DNA of 64,000 nucleotides from Oculina patagonica (Eukaryota): NCBI RefSeq assembly GCF_052425735.1, contig NC_135761.1, positions 16,182,001 to 16,246,000 of the forward strand, read 5' to 3'. Shown piece by piece: positions 1 to 14,600 of this stretch (position 1 is its first letter; each line of letters starts with the position of its first letter). The notes under the pieces were generated by a model. It saw only the letters and a program-made list of their open reading frames with translations, ran no database searches and was not told where the DNA came from. The position numbers and the translations under genes were made by a program.

Positions 1-106
1 GGAATTAAAGGGGGGCTATAATAATATTTTTTCTCTTGAATTAGCTATTGCGATATCCCGAAGGGGGGTTCCGGAACCCCTGGAACCCTCCCCTGGCTAC
101 GCCACT

Positions 107-190
107 GTGCTGCTTCTGCTTCCGCTACTGCTACTGCTACTGCTACTGCTACTGCTACTGCTGCTGCTACTGCTACTGCTACTGCTGCTG
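107..190. repeat. (GCTACT)n/(GCT)n microsatellite
   Basis: Visible tandem hexamer; explains spurious ORF 45..278. Confidence 0.9.
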
Positions 191-356
191 TCTCCTCCAA
201 TACTGAGCAAAATGCGTGTTGCTTCATGACTTTCGTGGTCTCGCCACTCGCTGCCCCACGCAATGAAAACTGACACACCTATTTCGGAATCCCATTTAAG
301 ATATTGAAAAGATCTCAGTTTAAAACAAAGAGAACTTTAATTTAGATACAGCTTAC

Positions 357-2568
357 CTGCCACTCGTTTTGTCAGTTTAACTGAAATGAAAACAGACAAA
401 AATCAGTTCGGCTTAGAAATAATGACAAGGTAAATCAAGCTAGTTTAGTTTTCAGCTATAACAGAGAAAGTGCAATACTGTAGTGTGTACGTTTACCCTT
501 ACTAACTTACAACGGGTAATGTAAGCTTGGTAACGTGGTATAAAAACCAAATCAACCATCCCAGGGGGTCACGATCATCTTACGCCACGGAATTCTACCG
601 GCACCGCAACGGGAACCATATTGTTTTCGATTGGTCCCCTAGTGACTGACTTCCCAGGGAAGCACAGTTATCTGTTACTACGATATTCTGCCTACAGGAG
701 GCAGAAGTGATAGGGATCAGTCCTGAGTCCGGAAATTAGAGTACAGTAGAACCCCGCTTATAATTAAGAACAAGGGTTTTAAGAACCTGTTGGGCTAAAA
801 TTTTTATTTTAAGATCACTCCACATAAGAACCTATTGAGGTGAAAATTAGGTTCTTAACAGTGGAGTTGATGTAGAAGTGTATAGGTAGAAACTGCTAAA
901 TTAAGATCATTATCTGATTTTATTTTAAATATGATATTTATGATTTTTACAATATACTTAAATGAAATTCGTATGAAAATATAAGAACATGTTTTAAGAA
1001 CCTCGGTAGCCTAAATGTTATTTAAGTACCATTTATATAAGAACCTGTTTGGGCTAAATTAAAAAATCCAGGTTCTTATACGCGGGGTTTTACTATATTA
1101 CCCTTGAGATTTAATGAGTTACTCGATGAAAATCACTCAAAACGTACCAACAGATCTACGAACGGAACTTGGAGCACTATCACCTGCCAAAATGTAAAGA
1201 AAATTTGTTAGCTTAGTACGCCTAAACGCTAAAACGCTAGAAGGCTGCCCTGTGATTGACTAGCGTCCCATCAAGGGGGATTTAATTATATTCTTAACTG
1301 ACGTTTCATGCAACACAAATCAGATTTAAGCGCTTGCCGAATAGGCCTTTACCGACCCATAAGGCTCAAACGTAGACTTAACTTTCTGTACGGGAGGTCC
1401 CCGACGTTTGTTTGGGACCAGGCGTTTAATCGAGCAAATCCAGTAAGCTTTGATGAAAATGCTACGCATGGGAGTGGGGACGTGAATGATGGGCTTCTCT
1501 TGGATAACAAGGAGGATGCGTAAGTATTAAAAAATTAAATATCGCACATTCGTAAGCGTGTATCTTGCAAAGACATTTCAGACATTAAATTTTATTTTCT
1601 GTACAACTTCTTTAGTTGCTTTACAATTGCAAAGACATATATACTTAGCCGATTGTTTATTTGCAAAAGCGCGCAGTTATATTAAAACAATTTTAGCACT
1701 CTTCAAGAGAGTCAAGGTTAAGAAAAGCTCGTGACTCAGTTGTTATAACTACAATGACCTATGATAGTGCATTGTACAACTTATTCAAGAGTGGTAAAAA
1801 CCCTCGCCGCAAATAGTTATGTAGATCGAAACCACAATTTACGAAAACTTTCGTTTATCATCTTTTCATTATCGCTTCTTCGATTCGTTAAACATATACC
1901 TGGGACATTCAAGCATATATAGAACACATTGTCCCACAAAAATACTCACACATATTGCATGTTTTAGGACATTGCTTCACTGCGGGATCGTCCTTCCATT
2001 TATTGCAATACTCTTCAAGCTTTGCCCCGCCTCCTGTTTTTGTTATAAGGTTCTCACAGTCTGAACGTTCGTCTTGACAATCTACAGAAAAGAAGAAAAG
2101 AGTATGCACCAGTAAAGAAACCACACCAAATTTACGAAACGAAATGCTTCCACATTAATTTATTGACTTTTTCATCGTACGCAAAGCACGCTTACCAGTT
2201 AAAACAATAGACGTGTTCGCCCTCCCTGATAAAATGCACTCTTTTTATTTTATAAGAATATTGTTTTTCCGACCGGGACTGAATATTCATATTTTTCCCC
2301 TGATTTTAGGCTGAAAATATTCTAATGATCATTCTTAGATAATACCGTTTGACATTTCTGTTTTAGCATGTATTGGGGTATCAATTACATGTGTTTGGTG
2401 TCCAGATCTGTATCGTGTTATATTATGCACATGTACCATTGCTTTTCGTTGCAGCCAGCAAGACCAATTCCTCACAGCGATACAATGACGGAAATGAAAA
2501 TACCTGATCTTGTTTCAACTAAAAACATATTTAATTGTGTTGTATTTACAAGTTTTCAACTCAAAATA

Positions 2569-2600
<32 letters not shown>

Positions 2601-5600
2601 TTCTTAAAATATTCTTAAAAATTCGCAAATTTCAGCCTCAATATCCTTATAAACTAGATTGTTATAAAATAAAAAGAGTGTAGTAAACATTTCGGTTAAA
2701 TGGTCAGTACTAAAAATATACATAAAACGTTTTCGTTCATGAAGATCATCATTACAGCGTACAGAACACGTAAAATTCCTTAAAATAAGTTCGTATTTTA
2801 TTCTCAGTTGTAAAATTCATTAATAATTCATGAGGGTGCAAACCAATCCCAGCACAGTATTCAGATCACATGTACACAGCTGTAAACCCCCATACAAATC
2901 AATCAATAGAATTAACTTTTGATACAAACTCCCGCTCATATTTTATCTACTACTAAAGGTTTTTTTGGTGGGCCTTCTTTTCAGTGGAAGGACTTATTTT
3001 CGAGTGGACCCATTTTTGAAATGCATCTTGCCAAAAGGTCGAGCTTATACATTCAAAACACCCTTGGCTATATAAATTATATCAGTCTTACCCTATTTTC
3101 AGCTATAAAAGATGGCTTTGTTAAGACCTGAGTTTAATGGTTTGATTGTTATCGAAAGACGGAAATCGAGTCCTCTGTCGTGGCGTTGCTTCTTTATAAG
3201 TACCTAGTGCACCTTATTTTGGTTGCTATATATTAATAAATCACTTTAAATGATAATCAATGAAGGCTGCATGCGTTTGTCCATACAATATTCTTAACGT
3301 ATACCCGCTGTGAAGTTAACTTCTTTAGTTACTTTATGTTTCGTTTGCACTTACCAGAAGGGAATGGCGCTTTGCCTGAAAAGAAAAATAATAAAGTTTT
3401 GATTAACGATTCTTAGGCGCTTTGTTGTTCACAGAAAAGATACCAACGCTACAATTAATTTATCAAGCAAAATAAAGATTTTTGAATTCTCGCTTTCTCT
3501 TTCTCCGGGAAGCGAACCACTTAAAACTTACTATAGCCGTGCATTGCGGGGACCGGCTTTGTAAGCGCAACATTACACTTACAAAATGGTAATGAGAAAC
3601 TTAGGGGGGGGGGGGCGCTAGCGATTTAATCATTATTTTTTAATCAGTCAAAGAAAGAAGCTGCTGGAGTCGATCCCATGTCTTTTTACACACCGATCAA
3701 ATGTTTCAGGAATGAGCTACATGTCTAGGGAGCATCGTAGGAGCTATACCATCAAAAAAACTATTAACAATCTTTAAACAATTTGTTTAAGAGGAAATCC
3801 GCCAGGACTTCGAGTAGTTATTGGACAAAATTATGTACCAAAACTATTTACACCTGATTGCAAGCTTTTGTGTTACTGCTTCAAATATCTTATCGAAAGA
3901 AATCTTTTCTAACAACACCACACATCGAAAACACATTTTGAAGCTCCGCTGAATTCCACTGAATCGCTTAAAACATGCGAGCGTTTGCCCATAGCTTGTG
4001 AACTTTAAATATCATTTTCTCAGACTCTGATAAGAAATTGTTGTACCAGAATTATTTCCACCTTATTGCAAACTTTTTTGTTATTGCTTCAAATATCTTA
4101 TCAAAAGAAATCTTTTCTAACAACACCACACATCGAAAACACATTTTGAAGTTCCGCTGAATTCCACTGAATCGCTTAAGACGAATTTACAAAATGGCTA
4201 CACGTGAGATTTTTCCTAAACCTTGTGAACTTTGAAATTCATTTTCTCAGACTCTGATAAGAAATTGTTGTTGGTGTTATCACGGATAATTACTTACATC
4301 TTTACCTTTTATTAAGGGTAGGAAATAACGCAATAGGATTTTAATTATTCTGGAAATTGATTTTTGTTCAACTTTAATAAATATTACTCGACTTCCTAGT
4401 GGATTCCGTCTTAATTATTTATTCTTCGCAGCGATTTTTTAGTGTTATTAAGCAAAATACTTCACTTACAAAATCCACATGTTCTAGGACACTGTTTGAC
4501 AGACGCCGCGTCCTTATACAGCTCACAATATTCAGCCACCTCTCTACCGTACTTTTCTGATTCTGCCACGATCCACTGACAATCCCTCTCATCTTTACAC
4601 TCTGCAAAACAAAATCGGCAAATAATTCAACGAAAATGCTTACTTATTTTACTACTTAACGTAATCATTCGATTAAGAAAGCAAGCGCCCCCTTTTGAAT
4701 GTCATCTTGTTATTCAATAGGTGCTCCTGTTCTAATAATTGCCCCTTTATATATCATCCTTGATTTGACAATACGCGCACTATGAAATCCGTGCTTGAAG
4801 CTAGTCTCGTGGGAAAATATTGAGGGGGTGGGGGTGAGCCCGTTTTGGAACCTTGTACCCACGAGAGCCCTGTCATGACATCTCACGACGAATCCTGACA
4901 AACTGCGTTGTCTATTCAGAATGAAATGTCGTGAATATTGTTCATCATCTCAAGCATGTCTTATCATGTTATGTCATGACTTATCATGACTGCTCACTTA
5001 CAAATTTTAGTCATAACATATTTGCTTGTCATAACTTTGTATCGCTTTACTTTCTGTTATACCATTAATGCTCATCCATAAGTCAGTTAAAGAACTCAGT
5101 AAATATATTAGTGTAGTAAGAATGCAGTAATGTTGTAAAAACAACCAATATGTAAAGAAGGATAAATGATATCTTATTAACCACGCGCGAGGGCCGTACT
5201 GGGCGAATATTGGCCCGAGGTCTTGACAGTACGGATCGAGCGCAGCGAGGTCCGTATAAAAAAGACTGAGGGCCAATATTCGCCCAGTACGGTCCCGAGC
5301 AAGCTTGGTTAATAGGAGATTTATTACACGACTGGAAACTTTGTGTAGTGAGAATTGCTACCCGGTAGATGTCGTGGAAAACAATGTGCGGCAAAACTTT
5401 AACGCGCGCTAAAGGAGTTACATTTTTTTCTGAGTTTAAGGTCATTTCATTTTCAAAGCAATAAAAACTCGGAAAAAATCTTGCAAAAAAAAAAATCTTG
5501 CAAAGAAATCTTACAAAAATCTTGCGTTTAATCGCGCGGAAATTAGCGCGGGATCATCCGGGACAAAACCCGGTCCGATACTTGGAAAATATCGGCCCTC

Positions 5601-8600
5601 GCGGGACCCGAAATAAAGTAATCTGATTGGCTGATTTAGTTATTGGCCCTCGGACCGCCTTAGTCGTGTAATAATAGACGTAATACCCATACATACCTTA
5701 TTTCAATAAACATTCCCGTCACTTTCCCGTCAAGTTATTAAAAGATCATTATTTTCGTTTCCAGTCTTCTTCGGATTTTTTATCCTCGTGCGTTGCGCGT
5801 CGCAAAAAACGAACGTTCTTCACGAAACTAGCGTTCAAAACATCCACGCAATGCGCAGGATAATCATCCGAGGAAGAATGGAAAAGAAAATGGTGATCCA
5901 AAAAAAAACTTCAGAGGAATTTTTATTGTAAACAAGTGGTATACTAGTGAAACTAGGAAATAATTTTACTTGCGTTTTGTCAAAATGTTTATAATTTTCC
6001 TTGGCTGGCCTTGAGGCTCGGCTTATTATTAGAATTTTGACAAAACGTGCGTGAACTTATTTCGTAATTTCACTCTTTACCATTTGATTACCCATACAAA
6101 TAAGATATGTATGGGGTATAACTTCTTTCTCCCTTTATTTTTCCCTTCATCCTTTCTTGTTAGAACCTAATTTTTCTAGAGTAGCCATGTACTCTTACCT
6201 ATAGGAGCTGGCGCTTTACCTGTGACGAGGCGAGAAAGAAAAACAGTTTTTGATTAGTAATGACCTTGTTGCTTACAGGCCAAATTGAAGAATACAGAGT
6301 GATTTTATTTCATTGATTTTTTTTTAATTTTTAAACAAAATGACAAAAATATTTAACAGTCAACGACAGTAGCTGGAACGAATTTACTCTTAGCAAGCCG
6401 AAGTTGATCCTATGTCCCTTGATCCAGCAATGAACTACATATACAGGAGACTCGTACGAGTCATACTATAAAATAAATTAAATAAATAAATGGCGATATT
6501 TACAGAGCAAGCCTATTCATCGCTAGCAGGTTTTTCATACGGGTCCTGTATCCAGGTTTGAATTGAAATTTGGAAATGTTGGTCTTTCAGGAGGGAGGAA
6601 AACCGGAGAACCCAGAGAAAAACCATCGGAGCAAAAGCGAGAACCAACAACAAACTCAACCCACATAGGGTACCGGGCCGGAATCGAACCCGGGCAACAT
6701 TGGTGGAAGGCGTGCGCTCTCACCACTGTGCCAACCCTGCTCCCCGGTTACAATCTTTAAACATTTTTTAAGCATTATTTTATTCCTGGAAGTGTTTTAG
6801 TAATTCACTTACAAAATCCACAAGTTTTCCGACATTGTTTGACAGACGCCGCGTCCTTATACAGCTCACAATATTCAGCCACCTCTCTACCGTGCTTTTC
6901 TGACTCTGTCACGATCCACTGGCAATCCCTGTCATCTTTACACTCTGTAAAACAAAATCGGCAAAGTAATTTTAGCAAAAAATACTTACTTATCTTACTA
7001 CTTAACGTAATATCATTCGATTTAAATTTCACCCTCCTTTCACCCCCTTTTGAATGTCAGGACAGCTTTGGATACAGCTTACCTTCCACTCGTTTCGTCA
7101 ATTTAACTGAAACGAAAACAGACAAAAAATTAGTTAGGCTTAGAAATAATGACATAAATTAAGCTTATTTTTAGCTATAATAAAGAAAGTGTGATAATGT
7201 GGTGTACGGTAACCCTGACTAACTTAAATACAACGGGTGCTCTAAGTTTCTAAGTTTCGTAACGTGGTATAAAAATACCAAATCAACAATCTTCGGGTTA
7301 TTTTAGCGTCCAGTTTCTATTCGTGGTTTTCACGTGACGTCATGAAAATTCTAAAATCCAGAATCGCAAGAGTCCCGAATTTTTATCCTTCACTGGCTGT
7401 TAGACGTACTTAATAAATATATTGTTGAAGGTTTTTATCTCGATAGCACCAGCCGTCTTTCTGATAAAGCATTTTGAATTTCGGAGTTTCATGCCACACG
7501 ACATCAAGATGGCCGCCAGAAGGCTGTCACGTATGCTTAAAAAAATATCCTCATCCTGTAATGTTTTTAAACATTACAGTCTGAACAGTCGAGATTTGGT
7601 GAAAAGTGTTTATGTGAATTTTGTATTGTTTATGAGGGTGAACAGACCCTTTTTATAGCAGAAGTGAATTCCAGATGTTTTCAGTGATTTCTGGCCGCCA
7701 TGTTGGTGCCCATCGGCTTGGGCACCAACGTGGTGTCTCCATACTGTGCTCTCTAAATTTGTGCGCAAGATTTTGACAGTAAACTCGAGTATGGAATACC
7801 GTACAGACTTGACACTTGGTCAAGAAGACTATCTAGTAATATTCTACAACCTGTTGTATTTAGTAATTTTTTTGATTCAATATTTTTTTGATTTTTTTTC
7901 GCGGCGTGACAGTAAGAACCACCGGCGTGACAGTAAGAACCACCTATATCCCAGGGAGTCACGATCATCTTACACCACGGAATTTTTCCTGCATCGCAAC
8001 GGGAACCATACTGTGTTTTGATTGGTCCCCTGGTGACTGACTTCCCAGGGAATCACAATTATCTGATACTACGATATTCTGCCTACACCGCAACGGGACA
8101 GGAGCGATAGGGATCAGTCCTGTGTCCGGAAATAATAGTATCACCCTTGATATTTAATGAATTACTCGATCAAAACTACTCAAAACGTACCAACAGGACT
8201 TGGAGCTCTATCACCTGCAAAGATGTTAGAAAATTGGTTAGTTTAGTAGGCCTAAACGCTAGGAGGTAACCCTGTGATGAACAAGGGTCCCATTCCGGAG
8301 GATACTATACTCAAATCAGGTTAAGCGCCAGCCGAATAGGCCATTGCCGAGCCATTAGCCTCGAACGCCGACTTTACTCTCTGACTTTACTCCATAATTT
8401 GTCGGTTAAACACCACGGCTTTCTTTCAAACAATGCCTGTTGGAGCCGCGTTTATTAAGCGAGGATTTTTAGTCATTACTTAAGACAACTTCAGGGGTTT
8501 ATTTACAAGTCCACCTTAGAGACCCGGCGTTTAATCGAGCAGATCCGGTACGCTTTGACGAAGGTGCTTCACGGAAGAGGGCGGGGGGGAATTTGGGCCT

Positions 8601-11600
8601 CTTCTTGGCTGATAGGGGATCTAAAAAATAAAGTATCACACTTTGGTGAGCGAGTATCTTGCAAAGCGATATCAATTTACGAAAACGTCTAGATTGTCAT
8701 CTTCTCATTAACGTTACTTCGATTCCTTGAAGAGTGCCTCTGACATCTAAGCATGTATAGAACACAAAGATACTCACACATGTTGCACGTTTTGGGACAT
8801 TGCTTCACTGCGGGATCGTCCTTCCATTTATTGCAATACACTTCAAGCTTTGCCCCGCCTCCTGTTTTTGTTATAAGGTTCTCACAGTCTGAACGTTCGT
8901 CTTGACAATCTACGGATAAGATAGAAAGAAAATGACAAGTGAAGAAATCACACCAAATCTACAAAGCGAAATGCTTCTTAAGTATTGTTCTTGATGTTGT
9001 TGTTGAATTGTTCGTTTGCTGAGCTTAAAATCCAATTTAAAACAAAGCGCGCTAACTAGTAAGAACAGTGGACATGTTCGCCTCCCTAATAAAATAATAA
9101 AAGTTTGGGTTAAATATCTTTTTTTTGAAACAATTGGGCAACCGTTACACGTCATAAAATCCAAAATGGCGTCGGGCGGGAAATTTTAAAGCTATAATCT
9201 TTTCCATTCACTATTACTATTAAATGTCATTTCTTCCTTGTCCTGTCAAATTGGGAATTCAAGCAATACTTAAAACAATTCAACGTCAACTTGTCATATA
9301 GGATGGAGTTTCCTTTAAACTGATATTTGTTGTGAAGTTAGCTTCTTTTTACATTTCGTATTCACTCACCAGAAGGAGCCGGCGCTTTGCCTAGAAAGAG
9401 AAACAAGATAGCTTTTGTTAACGATTCACAGGCGCTATGTTATTCAGAGAAAATATACAACTGTTACAATTAATTTATTAAACAAAATAATGATTTTGAA
9501 TGCTCGTTTCTCTTTTTTTCTTTACCGCCGGTCAGCGAAGCGCTAAGCTAAAATCTTACTACCCGTGGATTGTGGGAACCAGCGTTGTCAGCGCAACCTG
9601 AAAAAATGGTAATATGAAACTTGCAAATTGACTAGCATTCCTCAGGGGGAAGGGGTCGGTAGTCGGTAGCAATACTCTTAAGGCCGATTTACACGGTACG
9701 ATTTTGTCGCATGCGACATGCTTGCGACAAGCTTGCGACAGGCCTACGACACGAATTGTGTCGTGTAAATCAAACCTACAACTCGCTTACGACTGTCGTA
9801 GGCATGTCGTAAGCTTTTCGCATGCGACAAAATCGCGCCGTGTAAATCGGCCTTTAGTCGCTTCTTTTCCTGCTGGATGAGTCCATCATTGAGTTGAGAG
9901 TGGTACTGTGAGAGTTGAGCCCAAGGACTCAATGCAATAGAACCCGGCTTGATCAATCGATCAAAATCGATGATCGGAAATCAATCAATCAATCGATATC
10001 AATCGATGATGGTTAGTTAATTGAGTCGATTGGCATCGGCCAATCGATGACCAATCGATAGTCACAAATAAAATTTCCTCAGTAATTACATCGATTGTCA
10101 TCGATTGCTATCGATGACAACTCGAAGAAGGACAACTCGTGACATGCCGAACCCTTTGTATGTAAATATATCCTCAAACACCTTACCCAAAGCAAAATAA
10201 CACGTCGGATCAACGACTTATCAGGGAAACTTTTTTGTTTGTTTTTTACACTGTCAAAGGTATATGGTAATGGTCCATAATGTTCGCTTTAAGTTAAAAC
10301 AAATATTTACAACGCTAAAACTTTGTTTAAAAAGGGAAAAAACAAACGTTTTCGACTTAGACTAAGTCACCATCAGGGTGATTTAAATAAAAACGTCCGC
10401 ACGCCACTGTTTATATATCAAGTAATTCCCGATGGGAAAAATTTTGATACATAGGAATGAACTGTTTGTTCGGACTAGGATGCCAACGTTGTATCATGAG
10501 GCTTTCAACGATCCTGCGCTTGTGAAACGATATTGAGCTGTGCAAAGAATTCGCCAGTTGATATAATGAGATGGGTATTTACATAGATGACAGGCGGGCT
10601 CAGAGTGTTCAACAATTCGCACTTCCAAATTTTGCCAATGAACGATAAAAAGGTATTTGGACTTAAAATTTTGTGAAACTGTTCAGTTTTGAAATACAAG
10701 TTTTGCTAAAGGCGGCGAAATACGAGATACAAAAACCCTGAACTTGTCGCGCAACATTGTTGCATTGCCAGTAGAACGAGTTGTTGCCCGTATTTCTACC
10801 GTGCGCTCAACTTGTCTCACAACAAATTTCGGTGTTGCAAGTTTAAAAAAATTGTTGCAAAAAGTAGAACTGGGTACTACTTGTGCAACATGTTGCTGCA
10901 ACGTGCAGCACTGAAATTTGTTGCGAGACAAGTTGAGCGCGCGGTAGAAATACGGGCAACAACTGGCAATGCAACAATGTTGCGCGACAAGTTGAGAGTT
11001 TTTGTATCTCGTATTTCGCCGCCTTAAGTCTTTCTTTTCTGCTGTAATACGGGAGCTTGAAGAACATCTTCTTACCCTCTTCAAAAAGGAAACTAGGGAT
11101 TTTATATTGGTTATTACTTACACATTCGACAAGTTTTGCGACATTGTTTAATCGGCGCCGTGTCCTTGTAAGCCTCACAATAATCCGCTACGTCTCTTCC
11201 GTGTATTTCTGCTTGCTTTACAATCCACTCACAGTTTCTTTCATCTTTGCACTCTGGCAGAACAAGAACGTTTTCACAATATTAGCCAAAATCTGTAAGT
11301 GGTACAAGAGGCGTACACGCACTGCAAATTTCCCGCCTCCCAGTTCTGATATTTTTCCTGATTCTCTCACGACCCCAGTCGCGGTTAGGCTATTTTTAGG
11401 CTAGTCTTGAAAAGTAAGATGTCATTATCTAATATTCTGAGCCTGAGGTTGGCTCGATAGAACTCAACATTCTTTTAAGGCCCAGAAATAAGGATAACAT
11501 TTTCTTTCAACTTGTCTCGGAACATTAACATCGTGTTGCAAGTTGTAGTGTTGTTGCGCGTATTACACTCGTATTGCAAGTTGCGCCAACATGTTGCACA

Positions 11601-14600
11601 AAGTTGAACTGATGTCTACTAAGGGCCTGTTTATATGGAGGAGAGTTCTCCCTGGTAGGAGGGTTACCCTCCATACCGAGCCACCCCGGGCGAGAGAGCT
11701 TTTCATACGTTTCTTAATAAATAGCTGTGAACTGTTTATATGAGAAATTGCAAAGTTGGCTCGGGGGGCAGGGTGACCCTGGGTGGAGGGTCACTCGTTT
11801 TGAAGGTAGGGTGACCCTGGGGAGCGAGCCAACTTTTTTCCATATAAATAGTTTGGCTATTTTTGCCTCGCCTACCAGGGACAAGTTGAAACATGCGGAG
11901 CATGCGCAAATGCTGCAATCGGCCAAAACAACATCGAAGTCGGCGGTAAATGTGTCCAAAATAGTCTTCGTCAATGTTTCAGCCTTCCTGATTTTAGAAA
12001 GGGCCACCATAATAGATATTTCAAAATAACTCTCGCCAGTGTTTTGAGCCGACAGGTCCACGTTTTGGCTCGGTCAACAGGGACAACTTTCTCATATAAA
12101 CGCTCGGTAAAAGATAGCGCGGGGGAAAGGGTGACTCTCCTACCAGGGACAACTCTCCTCCATATAAACAGGCCCTTAACACAGGTGGTAATACGCGCAA
12201 ACACTTTACAAATTGCAATGCAACAATGGTGCGAGACAAGTTTAAAGAAAATGTTGCCCGTACTACTGGGCCTTGAGGGTAAGCTGATGTGGAAGCGAAC
12301 ACCATTTTTATGTCAAAAACGGCCGAGGTTTTTTAAGAGAACTTCAACGAGAACTTAACTTTTTCGGGAGTTATTAAATTTATTATTTAAAAAAACAGCC
12401 GTGCAAAATTTGATCATTATAGAGAGATTAAGCATGACGTTCATTTCTCCCGCGAACGGCAAAAATTCAACTTCTGCCGTCTGCCGTTTGGCATTCGTAC
12501 GCGGAAATGAGTAGTTTTGTGTTTGTCGTGAATGTGGGATTTTTTCCCCTAATTTTATGAGGAATTTATTTTAGAATTCGATAAAAAGGTAATAAAAGGA
12601 AAGGCAAGCTCGCGTTTGCCGTATCCCGTATAACGTCAGTCTTGCTTAATCTCTCTAATAAGTCCTTGTCATAGCAACTCATGACAAAAATTTTAGCATT
12701 AATGGTAATAAGGTTGACCTGTCATGAAAACTCATGACAAATCATGATAAACTGCATTGCCTATTCAGAATGAAATGTCATGAATTGCCCAAAATCTAAG
12801 TCATGACGTATCGTGACTGCTCATGTAAACTTAATTTCTAGTCATGTTTTATATCATTCCACTTTCTGTTATCTTACTTATTTTGCGTGATATGCTTATC
12901 CATAAAATTCAGTCAAAAAACTCGGTATATATTAAAATATAGTAAAAATAACCTAATTTTTCTAGAGTAGCCATGTACTCTTACCTATAGGAGCTGGTGC
13001 TTTACCTGTTTCGAGGCGAGAAAGAAAAACAGTTTTTGATTAGTAATGACCTTGTTGCTCGCAGACCAAAATGAATAGTATAGAGTGATTTCAACAAAAT
13101 TAGATAAATATTCAACAGTCAAAGACAGTAACTGGAACAAAATTTCTCTTAACAAGCCGGAGTCGATCCTACGACATATGCACCAGCGATGAACTTCATA
13201 CACAGAAGACTGGTACGAGCCATGCTATAAATCAAATAAATAAATAAATAAATAAACAAATGGCTATATTAAGAGAGGATACCACATTAGCGCTAGCTGG
13301 TTTTCATGCGGGTCCTCTATCCAGGTCGAATTTGAATTTTGAAATGTTGGTTTTTCATGGAGGGATAAAAACCGGAGAACCCCCAGAAAAACCCTCGGAG
13401 CAAGGCGAGAACCAGCCACAAACTCGATTTGTATATTTTAAAGCATTTATTCTTCGAAAAGATTCCGTAATTTTGCAAAATACTTCACTCACAAAATCCA
13501 CATGTTCTAGGACACTGTTTGACAGACGCCGCGTCCTTATACAGCTCACAATATTCAGCCACCTCTCTACCGTGCTTTTCTGATTCTGTCACGATCCACT
13601 GGCAATCTCTCTCATCTTTACACTCTGTAAAACAAAATCGGCAAAAGTATTTAAGCAAAAATACTTACTTATCTTACTACTTAACGTAATCATTTAATTT
13701 TAATTTCACCCTCCTTTCAGAAAGCGCCCCGTTTTGAATATCTCCAGTCTTGTTATTTGATAAGCGCTCCTTTTCTAGTTAGTGCCCGGCCCCTTTATGT
13801 CTCTACCTTGATTTTACAAAACGTACGCTCCATAATCCGTGTTAAAAGCTAGTGTCGTGGGAGATGAGAGGGGCTAGCCAGAATCCCACAGGGGGGAAGG
13901 GTGTGGCCAGATGAATTGCCGGCCCTTTTATCAGTCCACTGAGTGTGTTCTGTTGAATCAGGGCAGACATATTTACCAATAAGCTTTTCGTTACGCGCCG
14001 ACAATAAGAGTACATTCGCCTGTGTTCAACCCCTACACCGCCTCTCCACATTTGACAGTTAAAATTCCATCCAGACGATTTTTAACTGAATAACTTAATA
14101 GTATTTTTTTTGTCAGCGGGACCCAGTTGATAACAATGCTATTGTACTGAACGGTTATCCTGCATAAATATTCGATGATGATGACGATGATGATGATGAC
14201 GATGATTGCTGTTGTTGTTGTTATTGTTATTGTTGTTGTTACCCCCAAGTTTCGCGCTCAAATTCGACCGCACATTAATCGCGTGTATAATCGGGCTGCG
14301 GTTGAGTTGAAGAATAATTTAGAACACCATACAGCATCTATAAATAACATAGCTTTTGTTATCAAGTTTTAAACTAACTCTACTCAAGTGAACATCAACC
14401 GTATCGATTTAAACCGTTAATAATAATTATAATAATATAATTTCCCGCCATTATTCTCGCGCGTCGATTGAATGTTCTTAAAGAATATGAAAATTCAATT
14501 TTGCACTGACTTAAGTTCGCTTTTTAAATTCCAGCCAACATAAATACAAACAACTAGTCTAATATTGTAATTGTATAAAGCCTATAAACGAATCGCCACA

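Noticed and set aside
45-278. Ala/Val-repeat ORF
   Set aside because: Translation of a (GCTACT)n microsatellite plus a transposon end.
10683-12358. Cluster of overlapping 100-130-aa ORFs
   Set aside because: They fall in palindromic MITEs. The real exon here (11122-11253) is in another frame.
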